From contig OZ024740.1 in NCBI GenBank assembly GCA_964016885.1, positions 60,884,001 to 60,948,000 of the forward strand: a stretch of 64,000 nucleotides of DNA, given 5' to 3'. The notes below the pieces were generated by a model. That model worked only from the letters and a program-made list of their open reading frames with translations. It ran no database searches and had not been told where the DNA came from. The DNA is from Eledone cirrhosa (Eukaryota). Made by a program: the position numbers and the translations under genes. Position 1 is the first letter of the stretch. Each line of letters opens with the position of its first letter. Of the stretch, positions 10,934 through 24,474 are shown in pieces.

Positions 10934-12485
10934 CTAGCTAACGTACCCAGCTTCGCTCAGGTAAACAGATAAGAGAAGACAGGTGAAAGAGAAAATGACT
11001 GTATTGGATGTTTGTCTGGTTACAGTATAAGGCGAGTCCGTGGTGTCTGTGTAATACAGAAAACAGTAAAAAAAAATCTTCCAGATATACCAGATTCTTC
11101 GTTGTACCGTTTGTGCATAGTATATGAACTCCAAATGGCGATCCATCTACTTCGAAAATAGAATCGTTTTTCAGCCCTGGCCGGCCATAGGATCCAACCT
11201 TTTTGCCAGACTCAGCATATGATGTTTTATTACCACCACAATCAGAAGCGATAAATTTGAAGGCAATTTCTACCAATACTTGTTGGTTTTTATTGCTCAT
11301 TATCGACAATAAATGACATTGAACAAAAATAACTCTGTCAAAGCTCACAATACTGATCAAATGACACCAATATCTGAATCATTTACGTCGAATATTCATA
11401 GCAGTGAAGGCAATTTCTACCAATACTTGTTGGTATTTATTGCGCAACATAGCAGTGAAAGCAATTTTTAACAATACTTGTTTGTTTTTATTGCTCATAA
11501 CAACATTAAATGACATTGAACATAAATGATAACAAAGCTCACAGATGAAAGGACACCAAAGTCCGAATCATTTACGTCGCTTATTGATAGCATTAAAGAT
11601 ATGCATACATCAGCTCCAAGCTTCATTATAGACAATATTCAGGGTTGTTCCTCTGTTAGTGGTATCAATTGCAAATTTTATACCATCAGGATCGCACAAT
11701 CCAGATGCAGCAACATACAATTGCCCATGGCTGAATGCTGGATCATTCAAGTAGACACCGACTCGCTTGAAAGTCTGTCCCTGTGCTTTGTTGACAGTCA
11801 TGGAGAAGGCCAAATTGACGGGGAAACTGTCTCCTTTGCCAAATGAATGGCAGCAGATCTTCACTTGGTCTCAGCATGATCCTCGGCATGAGAACCGATC
11901 CCTCTCTGCCTGGGAGTTTAGCTTCTAAAACTCTTCCGTTAATCAATCTCTCAACAATCAATCTGGTACCATTGCAAAGACCCATTTTATGATTGATATT
12001 TCTAAGCAATATAATCGGCATACCCCTTTTCAACCTCAAAATATGTGGGGGGAAATCTGGGTATTTAAAGTGAATTCAGATACTCAGTCGGAACATCCAT
12101 ATTGTTCTGCTGATTAGGCTCCATTGCATCCGCACTGACGGTCAACCATTCCTCTCCAGGAAACATTCCGGCTACTTGTGAATTTATTTCCTCGACCGTT
12201 GCGTTCGTATGAGTTAGAATAAAGCGTTCCGATATCCAGGAGATATTCTGCCAAAAAAGCATTCAAATTAGGGAACACCCAGTCAATCAATGCTTGGCGG
12301 TCCAGTGGCATGACTAAATGGTCTGGGATTCTTACAGTCTGATTATTACCGTGTGGCAATTCATTGTTTCCCAACTGCATCAACCATCGGCCGTATGTCT
12401 CAGCCTCTTCGTTTTGCCCGAACATACGAAGTCACATATCGTGTAATCGCAAAACTCTGAAATAGCGCCTCAACGGAAACTTTTT
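10934..12485 (-). mobile_element. Helitron 3' part: PIF1-type helicase C-terminus and 3' terminus
   Basis: Frameshifted motifs include LLRNIN..GLCNGTRL and FPVNLAFSMTVNKAQGQT..FSHGQLYVA. The terminus is ACCTGAGCGAAGCTGGGT (hairpin) ...GCTAG|T at 10934. An internal repeat occurs three times at ~11260-11500. Confidence 0.9.
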
Positions 12486-12489
12486 CAGT

Positions 12490-13352
12490 CAGGAACTAGA
12501 GAAAAACACAATGGAAAGCATCCAGCAAATAGCTAACTCCATCCACCAGAGTATTAGAGTTACTATAGACTACCCAAGTAAACACCCCAACCATCGATTA
12601 CCTGTACTAGACACAGAGCTCTGGTTAGATACCATTAACAACAAAAAACAAATCCTCCATTCCCATTATGCCAAACCCATGACTTCCAAACATCTGATCC
12701 ACCGAAACTCAGCTGTTTCGGACCATACCAAAATCAACATACTGATTGCGGATTTGGTACGGGTGATGAGAAACGTGACCCGCATGTGCAACCCCGAAGA
12801 ACTAGAGAGACACATACAACACTTCATCCACCGTATGCAGTTCTCTGGTTACAATCAGAGAGATAAAATCAGAGTGTATAGAGGAGCCAGAACCAAATGG
12901 GGAAAAAATGGTAAATAATGACACAAATGGGATCTGCCCCTTGTATAGGAGCAAATTTTGGAATAGAATAGAAAGAACTAGGAATAAGGCTAATAGAATA
13001 AACTCATGGTATGATAGCAATAAATACCAGAGTGTAATGTTCATCGATACAACTCCTAGAGGTGAATTAGCTTACAAATTTAGAAGGGCCCTAGATAAAC
13101 ATAAACTCAATATTAAGATAGTAGAAAGACCAGGTACCTCCGTAAAAACACTTATTAGCAAGACATACCCTTTTCAAAGACCCCCCCCCCCCCTGTATAG
13201 ATAAGAAATGTATAACCTGTAAATTAAGCCCCCATATTAACTGTATAACATAAGATGTACTGAAGGACAATGTAGAGACAAAAATATAGTGTACATAGGT
13301 GAGACAGCTCGTAGTGTAGGGGAACGGATAAATGAACACTGGCGAGACCTTC
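12490..13352 (+). mobile_element. Penelope-like element fragment (RT thumb and C-terminal GIY-YIG)
   Basis: LPVLD...HYAKP...SGY appears in ORF 12511. Downstream, CITC and VYIGETARSVGERINEHWRD (~13290-13350) fit a GIY-YIG endonuclease. Confidence 0.8.
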
Positions 13353-13437
13353 AATGCTTGTTGGTTTGTTGACGTCTCCATAACATACCAAGGTGATGCT
13401 CCAGCATGGGCGTAGTCCAGAGATAGAAAAAAGTATA

Positions 13438-13469
<32 letters not shown>

Positions 13470-13472
13470 AGA

Positions 13473-13636
13473 AAGGGGCTCTCAAACTCAAGAACACAAA
13501 AGGGCTATTACGTCCTGGAGGAGAGGCACAGTGGGCCAAACATGGTGGTGGGTGAAAATTTTCACCAGTTATGAAATATTGGTTCTACCACGGGCCACAG
13601 ATAAGTAGTTCGCGGGCCGCATGTGTGAGCCCCCTG
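13473..13636. mobile_element. hAT-like MITE
   Basis: The termini AGGGGCTCTCAAAC and GTGTGAGCCCCCTG are inverted repeats, with a subterminal GCGGGCCGC. The TSD is not clean. Confidence 0.55.
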
Positions 13637-14299
13637 TTGCAGATAGATAGATAGATGTGTACCAAACACACACACATTTCTTACTCTCTGTCCCTCCCTC
13701 TTTCTCTCTTCATTTGTGTGTGTGTGTGTGTGTGTGTGGGTGTGTGTGTGTGGAGCGTTATTTGGCATTGGTTGAAAAGAGCAGTGGCCTTTGACCTGGC
13801 AATAAAAAAACTAGACAAAATTCTTTCTGTACTCAAACCAATATATATATATATATATACATAGATAGATAGACGCACACACATACATACACACACACAA
13901 ACTTGTGTTCGTGTCTGTATCTATCTATGGATATATATATAAGGGATTCAAATACTACTTTCTCACTGTCCCCAAGCTTCATTTGTTGCTAAGTATTTTA
14001 TTTTGCAAGGTACTATTGTTCCCCTGAGTTTGTGATTTCAGAGACAGGCAAGAAATTCTTTATATTTTACATCTTTTGTATTTTGACTTTACAGTTTGAA
14101 TTGTTTATCCAATCAAAATATTACAACAGCTAACAGTGAAATATAGAATTTAAAAAAAACAACTTTTTCGACTGAAATCAAGTCTTTGAGAACATTCATG
14201 TCTATTTTTCAGAAATAGTTTGCTTTTGTTTTGGACTGAAACTTTTTTTGTATTTAATTCGTATGGGTATTTTTTAAAGATCTTTTTAAAGATTCTAAC

Positions 14300-15470
14300 A
14301 TAACTTGATTTGGCTCATTACATGCACTGCGGCATTCATATTTCTCAACTTATTATAACTATGTCTGTACAACAAGCTTCACTTATCAAAAATGTTCTAG
14401 GTTACGTGAATGAATTGCGGAAACTATATAGTACATCAGGGAAATTTAAGCAAGCGTATTTATCACATGAAGAAAATGAAGTATCGTCACCACGCTCCTT
14501 AACACCTGTGTGCTCTACTCGATGGCTAACACTACTTTCTGCAGTCAAAGCTCTTCTTGACAATTATTCAGATGTCCCTATTTTTTTTACAATAGGCAAC
14601 AAATGAGTTTGGCCCAAACATTGCATCCAGAGCTAATGTTATTCTTACGTGTCACTCTCCGGGCCATGTTCTTGGATTGCATGTTGTAGTTCCATTACTT
14701 CAATTCTTTGAAGGATTGAACAAATCTTTTCAAAGTACCACCTTCAATCTAGGTAGCATGTTGCAGTGTCAAACTGGTGCAGGAGGAGCTAAAAGAATCT
14801 ACGCAGTGAAGAAAAATTTCAAGGAGCTGTTCAATACAGCAGAAAAATGATTTATCAACTCGATATTTCTCTTTTGGAGCTACCCAGGCAATGAAAAGTT
14901 CCTAAAAGATACCAGGAAGGAAATGCGTTAAAATATCAATACTGCACTGCTTTGGATCATTACAGGTAGAGGATACTGCAATATCAAATTTGAGAGTTTA
15001 TTTTTTTTCACAGGATTTAGCAGATTATGAAAAACTGAGCAACATTTTACTCAATGGAAATATTTGTGCTGAAGTAATCATACAGTATCCAGAGCTTGAT
15101 GAATTTTCTTTAAGGAACGAAATACTTTTTTATAGAAATCATCATAGTGGATCATCATAGTGGATCATCTCTCGGGATCATCGTAAAATATTCGGTGAAA
15201 TGAACCAGAAGTCTGTCGCATGTTTCTAAATGTTGAGCTGTTCAGGCTACTTTTAATGTTTCCAACCAGTTCTTGTGAAGCTGAAAGATCTTTTAGCGCT
15301 CTGCAGAGACTCGAAACTTGGTTGCGATCGACCATGACTCAGCAAAAGTTGAATCATATTCTAATATGAGATGTTTATAAAGATGTTTTGAAAAAGATTA
15401 GTTGTGAAGAAGTTACTTAATTATTTATTGACAGCAATGATGAGATACGATACATTTGGAAAGTTCTAAA
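14300..15470 (+). pseudogene. Degenerate hAT transposase (ZMYM1-like, Tip100/Blackjack-type), C-terminal half
   Basis: HCxxH and TRW occur in ORF 14310. PTSSCEAERSFSALQRLETWLRSTM at ~15260-15335 is the hAT dimerisation motif. Confidence 0.8.
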
Positions 15471-16229
15471 AGACAAATTTACTTTATATGATTTTTATTC
15501 AAACGTCTGTTTTATTTTTTGTTTATTTCATATAATAAATACTTTTATTTTTTTTTATATCTGAACTTCATTTGAATATATAAAATTTAATTAGCATAAA
15601 AAAATGTTTACGTATGATGTCTTTCCTGAACCCTATCACATAAGTAATACTAAAATGCTCCAACAAATGAGGCCCCTGGAAAAGAGCAACATGTTCATCA
15701 CCGTGATCGGCTTGACCTCGATACTTCAGCTCATTCTTACTAACATTCGGTTTGCTTGACCCCCATCTTCATTGCATTTCCACATCATTTATTCTATAAC
15801 TAGGTTGTTGCTATTCCTATATAAACTGACTGTTTATACTACGATCAAGTCTTGTTATAGCCTTGGGCTTAAGGAAATGCTTTTGTAGCCTTCAACAGTC
15901 ATCCATTATAATTGCAGCACCATTACAAGAATATCACAGTGATGCATTAAGGTAAGGGCGATAATTTGAGTAACTCTGACTAATAAGTGATGTCTTAACT
16001 TAGTATTATCGCGTCTTATCACTACGTGCTTAATTGATGAATTCCATTTCAAAATAGCACATTATTAGTCATTCTTGGATTAAGTTCTATTGAACTCATT
16101 GCCTCATTGATCCTTTATTGAGTCTGCCACCTTAATTCCCTCAAGCTAAGTTATTACTATTCCTACATGAAAGACTGGTTAATCTTCATAATTAACTTGT
16201 CTCGACAGTATTTGTCTTTTTCATTGCAG

Positions 16230-18788
16230 TTTTGTTTATTACAAAGCGTTATTCCAGAACATTACTTGAAACTTTATCATATTGGAACAGGACTCATTAT
16301 AGTAAGTTCCTTATACATAATTTTATAGGCTTATATAGGCAAATCTTTGCATAACTTTACCAAACACATTCGCTAAACAGAAAATGGCCTCAGCAGTGAA
16401 GAAAAAATACAGGCAGTACAGCGTTGATTACTTACGGTTCGGATTCATCCCATCGCCGTTGAACCACCTGTCACCCATGTGTTTAATTTGCAAGGAGTCC
16501 TTTTCGAATGAGGCGATGAAGCCATCGCATTTGAGTAGACACCTGGAGATGAGGCACCCCGATAAGAGATATAAAGATTTAGCATACTTTCAGTCTCTTA
16601 GGAACCAATTCCAGAAAACAACACTAATTTCTTCTGCCTTTTCAAAAGTTGAAGCTTCAAATGTTGGTGGACTTGTCGCATCTTACAATATTGCCAACAT
16701 AATCGCAAAGTGTGACAAGCCCCATTCCTTGGGTGAAACATTGGTAGCCCCTGTCATCTCAGAAGTTCTTTCAACAGTACTACGTCAGGACCTGTTAAAG
16801 ACCTTGAAATGTATTTCGTTGAGTAACGACTCGATAAGGAGACGCATCGACGAAATGGCGGAAAATGTTGAATAAAAATTATGCAACATCTTGAAATCGA
16901 CACAATTTGCTTTGCAACTTGATGAAAGCATACTTTCCGGGAATCAGCCCTTACTAGTGGGAGACGTGGGATTTTTTTTTTCTTTTTTTCTTTTTTCTCT
17001 TTTTTTTCTTTTTTCTTTTTTTTCTCTTTTTTTCTTCTCTTCTCTCTCCCCCACCAAAACGAAATGCACGAGGAACTTCTCTTCACTCTGAATCTAGCCA
17101 CAGATACTAAAGGTGCCACCATCTTTGAATCTGTCAAGGAATACCTCAAAGAAAAAGAGATACCTCTTAACAATATTGTATTGTGTTACGGACGGCGCAA
17201 GAGCAATGGTTGGCCAACATAAGGGTTTCGTCTCTCTTCTGAAGAGGGGAAAATCCATCTGTATTTGCTGTTCATTGTGTCATTCATCGACAACACTTGG
17301 CTGCGAAGAAACTCAGCAAGCCGCTGAGCAAGTCTTTGCAGGTAGCCATTGATGTCATCAATTTTATCAAACGCCATGCCCTCAATGAACGAATTTTCCA
17401 GCAACTGTGCGAAGAATTTGTCTAGTTGCTCCTTCATACTGAAGTGAGGTGGCTTTCAAAGGGCAAGTGCCTTACTCGCTTCTTTGAACTGTTCGACTCT
17501 ATCATTGAGTTTCTTTGAGGACGCAACACAGAACTATATAAAAAAAAAACCTCGATGTGAGGCAAGACTGCCTACCTCGCCGACATCTTCGACAAATGCA
17601 ACAACGTCATGGCTTTGCAGGGGGAGAAGATCACCTTGTTTAAAGCAAGAAATGCTGTGAAAATATTCCTGGCCAAATTGAAAGTCATCGAAAAGAATCT
17701 TTGTCGATGGAAATTCTATAATTTTCCTAGTGTCACCAATGTTCAAAACATTGTGAGCGATGATCAACTGCAAATTTATACCGCGCACCTCCGTGCACTA
17801 CAAGACAACATGTCGACCTTTTGCAGATGGACATCCCAATGTGGATAGCAGATCCCTTCATAGTTAACGTCGCTGATTTCGCCGTTAAATTTCAGGAAGA
17901 ATTAATTGAACTTCAGACAGATGACATTATCAAAATAAAATTTTCCAAAATAGGTGAACCCCTGTTTTGGATGCAAGAGGAAATTCAGCGTCGATTTCTA
18001 CTCCTGCATGCAGAGGCTAAGAGATTTGCTTTACCTTTTCTTACCTCATACTTAGTTGAGAGGGGGTTTGGCATTGTTTCCAGACTGCATAGTAAGGCTC
18101 GCAGCCGCTACAATGTGATTGCACGTGGAGATCTCCGGCTACAGCTCACGAAAATCCAGCCTGACGTCAAAGAGTTAGCTTAAACTCCATGAAGCTCAAG
18201 GGTCCCATTTATACGAGGTCAAAGTAAGTCTTTTTTTTTTTTTTCCTATTTGTAGTTGCAGTCTGACTGGACTGGAAACCATCTACCACAATTCACTTAC
18301 TCATTTGTTGTATATATTTTACCGTTTACTAATGAAAACCCTCTTGCGTGGTCTCTGAGCTCACAAAGCGGAGGGGACATCAAGTTAGATATCAACATTT
18401 ATTCTGTCCGTTTCATTAAAGGGAAAATTGGAAAGCTTTGAAATAATATAAGAGCACTCTTTGGATAGACAGTTTCTCTTGTATAAATGTTCAAAATAGC
18501 TGGTATCGTCTGGTGGGAATATAACAAATTCAACTGGTCCTTATTCATAAAAAAGAACATTTGTTCCTTTTTTTTAAATTTATATACTTCCTTTCAAGGA
18601 ATATATTTATGCTTTCAACTGCCTGCAATGGTATCTTTGGAATATCGTTAATCAATTTTTTAGTAATCTACTGATATCAAAATCAGTAGTATATTGAAAA
18701 ATGGAAAAAAAAAAAAAAAGGGTGGAGGGCCGTTTCGTGACTTCGAAGGGAAAAGGGGCGTTTGGCCGAAATGGGGTGAGAACCTTTG
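16230..18788 (+). mobile_element. hAT Charlie/Buster-type (ZBED5/SCAND3-like) transposon, frameshifted transposase at 16384-18210
   Basis: Motifs include RQYSVDYLRFGF, a BED finger (CLIC..MKPS.L.RH), FALQLDES, TDGA, HCVIH, HTEVRWLS and TSYLVERGF. The right TIR is GTGAGAACCTTTG followed by CTCTAAGT. The left TIR was not found. Confidence 0.88.
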
Positions 18789-21616
18789 CTCTAAGTGAAC
18801 CGTCAATTTATGAACACTGGATTTGCGTTCATTGAGATCAAAATCGAACAATCTCCAGCAAGCTTTGCTAGATCCAATCGAGCGAACATCCTGGAACCTG
18901 CCAACTTCATCTCTTTGGTTCGCTTCCTCATTCCTGACATTGATCATTGCCCGATCATGACCTTTGTAAACGTATTTGAATAGATATTTGGAAGCTTTCA
19001 CTGAGCTACAAATTTCCACACTAATATGACGATATTTCATAATCAAATATGGATTGTATGGCACACCCATTGATTTGTAACCTGTCGACTGTTTACATTT
19101 TCGACCAAACCGCCATCTGCAGGCGACCATCTTCTGTATGAGGATGAGCATCTCCATCGTTCCAGGAAGTGTTCATGATAAAAGATTACGGTAATTGCTT
19201 ACTGCATTGGCCATTTTTCATGCAAGGCGCTTTCCGATTTTCCACTCCGCATTGGTTGTGCACCATTGACTTTGCCACCAAGTTGCGTGGTGCCTCATTC
19301 TCTGGCAGTTCAGCACACAACACTGTCGACATCCTCAGCACATCTCAATTTGCAATCTCTATGTAAAATGATCAGCAAATGTGCATGTGGCAATCCTCTT
19401 TTTTGGAATTCAATTACGTATGTAAAAGCAACTATACCTCCAAAGATTCCCTCTTTTTCCACATCATCCATTATCTTTTTCAGATATCCTTTGAATACTC
19501 TTGCCACAATATCAGGACGGTCCTTTGGCTGTTGTCCTGGCAAAAGTGCATCCTTAATATCAGTCCATTCAGGATTGCATGTAACCGTTATAAACAAATC
19601 TAGCTTTCCAAACTTTCTGACAACAGCCATCGCATATCTCGGGCCGCCGATGAACGACGATGGCAAAATGATGCATCGACCAATTTGCTTGTAATTGGCA
19701 TCATCGGCTGTTATCGCATCCTGTATATTATTATACAATTCAGCTGATATGTTGCTGATGTATAACTATATAATTTAGCCTTTGATTTTCGATCTTTGTG
19801 AATGCCATACAACAGTATTCCTGGAACAATCTGCTGGCTTGAAATAGTGCATTTCTCTGTTGATTCCTCTCATTCAAATGGAACGCGTAAAAGTCGCGAA
19901 TTGAATTATTGTGTCTATTGCTGCCTCCCTGTTGCTGATTCGCATGATCATCTAAATGAACAGACATGTTCCATCCATTTTCACCTTTTGGGTATAAAAG
20001 AACATAATGCAATGGATCGTATGCCCTATTTGACTCATTGATAGTCTTGAGACCACCATCTCTGTGATTGAGGACGATATCTCTTGATCCAGGCTTATCG
20101 TCCATCAACACAACTTCATGAAATCCTTCAGGGGCATAATATAGCTGTTCGTGTTGATTCCTTGGCACTGCGTCAGCCTTAATCACCAGTATTTGCTGCT
20201 GAACATTTTGCAGTTCAACCACCAACATGAAATCCATAACATAAGGATTACACTGTCTAAGCCATGATTGCAAATCACGGATCAAATCACTTAACCTTTG
20301 CCGTTCAAGTTCATTTATATTTCCCGGCAACTTCATCCAACTGATCCCGAAATCCTCCTCCAATTCACTATAATCTGGATCGTTAACGTAAATTTGAGCG
20401 AATCGAGGCCTCTCTCCTGGTGTAACTTCTAAATTACCGATACAATGATACAAACCGCCTTGAATGACTACATTCGGTTGCCATGCTCCACTCTCAAACA
20501 TCTCACTAACTCTCTGCGATGCTAAAGCTAATGAATTGTTAATTTGCTGTGAATATTTGCGCAGTAATCTACCTCGGTCTCCTTGATCACCCCACATACT
20601 TAGTATTTTAAACTCTGGTGACTCCTCATCATCTGGCATTCGCAAGGGTTCTAGTTGAACTGCTCCTTTATGACAGCACATTGTGGTCCACGTCTTTTCG
20701 TGCCTCCAAAGCAATGCTCCACAATGTGGACACTCTGCTCGTCCACCAATCTGAAAATGACACGGTTGCCATGATCCATTTTTAATATCATCCGTTTACC
20801 TTCTAGCCTCTTTACTGAAATGAGGGGCCCTTTGGCAACACATTCTCTGAACTTCTGTATTGCGCTGTTCAGCCACCTCCTCTTCATCCATCGCAGCACG
20901 CTGTTGCTGCTGAATTCTGGCCATCTGCTGATGATGCTCTGCCAGTTCGTCTTCAACCATCGCAGCACGCCGTCGCTGCTTGGCTCCAGTGTTTCGTTGG
21001 CGTTGTTCAGCCAGCTCCTCTTCATTCATGGCGGCACGTCTTCGCCTCTCAAGTTCGGCGTTCCGATGGCGCTGCTCGGCCCGTTTTTCTTCATTGCTGG
21101 CTGCACGCCGTCGTCGCTGTAGTTCAGTTTGATAAAGTCGAATTGCTCTTATTATCAGTATTCATTTCGAGCAATTGTCAAAGAATGACACAATAATAAA
21201 TATAAAAGATGTCCGTCTCTGTAAAAAAAAAAGGTCCCTATTTACTCCCTTCACAACTCTGTGTATGTTATACTGACAGACAGGCACACAGACAGACAGA
21301 TAAACCGCGTGGCGATTGTGGGATGCCGCACGTATACACGCATGGAAACGCGCACATGCACACACTACACTCACAGATGTTGATGGTTTTTACTTTCTGT
21401 GGAACGTTGCACGCACGCACGCGTGCGCACAGTGTATCAAACACAGCATTCACACTCTCCCCTCTCATTGCCTCATTGGCATTATGCATATTAATTTCAG
21501 TTTGGCATTGTTGAGGTAGGCGGAGTCGCTTGAAACCTATGAACCAATGATAATCGAGAATTATGACACGGAATAATGACACGGAATAATGACGTTGAAA
21601 TTAATATATAGACAGA
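18789..21616 (-). mobile_element. Helitron 5' part: Rep (HUH) domain and 5' terminus
   Basis: Motifs include CCHKG, YDPLHYVLL, LPSSFIGGPRY, DLFITVTCNP, EFQKRGLPHAH and VPYNPYL..YLFKYVYKG. The candidate 5' end is A|TCTGTCTATATATTAA at 21616. Confidence 0.88.
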
Positions 21617-21984
21617 TAAAAAGGCAAGGTTCACATTCACACTTAAATATCTATAGACAAATGCATACATATGATCACCCATACACACACATATACACAT
21701 GTATATTATGTATGTTTATATGGATGGGTGGCTGGCTGGCTGGCTCTATTAACACTACGACTACTACCACCTCTACTAAAACTACTACTACTACAGTGAG
21801 TGAGTGAGCTACCACCCGAGCGAGAACAAGAAGTGCAAGTCAAACAGGTTAAAATTAACTTTGTTTATTCATATATGCTGCAATATATATTTGGGCGATA
21901 ACCATTATTCAACAGCTATGACCTCATCGGGCAGCTAGAACTTGAACAGAAAAGCAATTGTGGAACAATGTTTACCTCCATTAT

Positions 21985-22150
21985 TAGGGTTGAACGCCAT
22001 GCTTTCTAGCATAGTTACGTCCCTTTACAGTTTGAGTTCAAATCCCGCCGAGGTTAACTTTGCCTTTCATCCTTACGGGGTCGATAAAATAAAGTACCAG
22101 TAATGTACTGGGTAATTGCTGGGCCTTGTGCCTAAAGTAGAAACAATTAT
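21985..22150 (+). mobile_element. SINE, 5'-truncated copy of the 3543 family
   Basis: The body and tail are near-identical to the copy at 3543. Confidence 0.8.
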
Positions 22151-22379
22151 TTTGCTCCTTTGATATGCCCAAAGTTTGATTAGTGTCATGATTAAATCCC
22201 TTACTTTGAACTCTTGGTATTTGTTTTTATCATGGGAAGGAGGAGGTTATACTTTCAACTGGAAAGTTGGCCTGAATATTTGTAACAGTGGGCCCACTAT
22301 TTAACAGCTGAAGCAGAAATGGCTGAACTGAACAATTTCCACTCTGTTTCAACGTCCTCAGTTAGGTCTGGGAGTTCTC

Positions 22380-23235
22380 TGAATTTGGATTCAGTAGTAC
22401 CTGTATACCTGGTCCTGACTTCCTTATCCACCAAAGCCAAAGCTTCCCTCTTTATCCTGTAGGTCAACCTGGACCTACAGGATAAAGAGGGACCTACCAG
22501 TTTTGTGGGCTTCCTTGACTGTAGTTAGTCTCAAGTTGCAGATAACTAGATGGTAATTAGTTGACTGCTCATCCCCTCTCTTAACCTGAATATCCAACAC
22601 AGGATGAAAGAGATCAGAGACAATAACAAAATCAATTATTAATCTCTGTCCCTGATTCTCCTCACCATGTATATTTATGGATATCTCTGTGCTGGGGAAA
22701 GTTTTTCATAATTGAGAGTCCATTGCTAGAACAGAAATCTAATAAGACCTCCATTCGTATTTAGATTGGAATTTCAGTTCCTTCTAATCACTCCTTTCCA
22801 TGTCAGGTGGTCAGTGCCAATATGTACATTGAAGTCTCCTATTAAGATATATGACTCAGTCTTAACTACATCTACTGCTGCAGTGACTTCATCAAGGAAG
22901 GATCTGTATTTGGATTTCTTGTTTGGTGCATAAACTTACACCACCACAGACCTATCTTTCAGCTTAATCTTCAATGAAATCCATGGCATAACACATTCTG
23001 ACAGCCGGGGGCTTGTGAGTGTCCCTACTCCTGCCTGTGCAGTCATTTCTGTACCTGAATAGTGAAGTTGTCATCCTCCATCAAAATCTACAGTATTAGA
23101 GCCACAAAATGTTATTGAGGAAACCTCGATTGTATCCAGGCAGTAACATCTAGCCTCCTCCATTAGTTCCTGCTACTTACCTGTAAGAGTTGTGATGTCG
23201 CAAGTTCCAGTTATCAAGACTTGCACCCTTCCGAA
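22380..23235 (-). mobile_element. Old RTE-type LINE endonuclease fragment (second family)
   Basis: The reverse strand gives GTCDITTLTGK, VYAPN, GDFNVHIG, IDFVI and STNYHLV, interrupted by stops. Confidence 0.7.
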
Positions 23236-24458
23236 CCCTTTTTGGGGTGCAATATTTGTGTATCCATCCTACGCCTCTCAGAACCAGTCACAGGCTCATT
23301 TTTGTTTATTCAAATATAATTCACCATTACTTTGAAGCAGCTTAATCTTTAAAGGAAAATATTGATTAACAAAATAAGAAATTAATTGCTTTTAACTATG
23401 AAGCCATGTACGTTTTATTGCATTTAGAATTTTACAATGTATCAGGGACTTAGAAGCATGTTTGGATAAGAAATTAATAGCTTTTATTGAATATTCACCA
23501 AGTTTTGGCATTTAATGAGAAAAGTAAATAATATTTTCTATCTTACATTGAATTTATATTTTTAGGTTATTTATGTTCACACACTTTACTTTTATACATT
23601 TTTTTTTTACTTTATGCTAGAATATATATTTTAAACTTTTGATACCGCTCTAATGTTAAAAAGAAACTTAGTCCATAGTATGGTGGCACTGCCATATCCA
23701 GCCAGAATTCTTTAACCTTTTTCTGTTCAAACTGGTTGTAAACTGGCTGCTCATACTGATCATACTGATGTTTCTCAAAATAAATATCAAAATCTCAAAT
23801 TCGATATTATGAGATAAAGCCTTTACTGTAAAAATATAATAGTAAATATAGAGTAATGTAAATGCTGAAGGGTTAAATTTGAAATCTTAATAGTTTTCTT
23901 TTTTCTTTTGGTGATGTCTATTTTGAATAGATAATTGAAATGAATATATTTTTATATACAACTGAAATTAATATATTTTTACCTCAGTAAATAGGTTGCA
24001 TTAACTGATGTGAAGTATTTATAGTGTATCACTATTTTTCTCTTCCTTCATATTTGACTGGTGTTGAAGATCACTATTGATTATTTCTTGTTTTATTCAT
24101 TGATGCATGGGTGGCAAATTGGCAGAGTTGTTAGAATGTCTGATAGATTGCTTTTCAGTATTCTTTCTGGTTTGAGTTCAAATCTTGTTGTGTTCAACTT
24201 TGCCTTTCATACTTTCAATGTTGATAAAAATAATATTCCAGTCAGGCACTGGTGGTCGATTCTTCCTCTGTCTCTTTCTCACTTCTCTCTTTTTCTTTTT
24301 CTCTGCAAAAAACTGGCTGTGTTCAAAATTGGAGAGATGGTTTCTGCCAGTGTTAAAGAGCCCAAGATATACTTTGTCACAATGGTGCTAATGCACACCA
24401 TTCCCAATATTGTGACTAAAATGTTGTACAAGAAAAAAAGAAAATGGTTTAACTTTGT

Positions 24459-24474
24459 ATGGTAACAGCTCAAG
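24459..24474 (+). CDS. TERB1: Candidate first coding exon of TERB1 (MVTAQ-)
   Basis: ATG GTA ACA GCT CAA G|GTAAAT is a phase-1 donor that would complete GAA (Glu) with the exon at 26974, and there is an in-frame stop upstream. It is too short to confirm by homology. Confidence 0.35.

Noticed and set aside
11610-12425. Host PIF1 helicase gene
   Set aside because: It is frameshifted and intronless, and it is bounded by a Helitron 3' terminus with Rep upstream on the same strand.
12490-13352. Assignment to the Naiad (N-terminal endonuclease, selenoprotein) Penelope clade
   Set aside because: The GIY-YIG motif lies C-terminal to the RT here, and no pattern of in-frame TGA codons is evident.
16384-18210. 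Domesticated ZBED5/SCAND3-like host gene
   Set aside because: It has multiple stops and frameshifts, a poly-pyrimidine insertion at ~16973-17050 and a retained TIR, so it is a decayed transposon.
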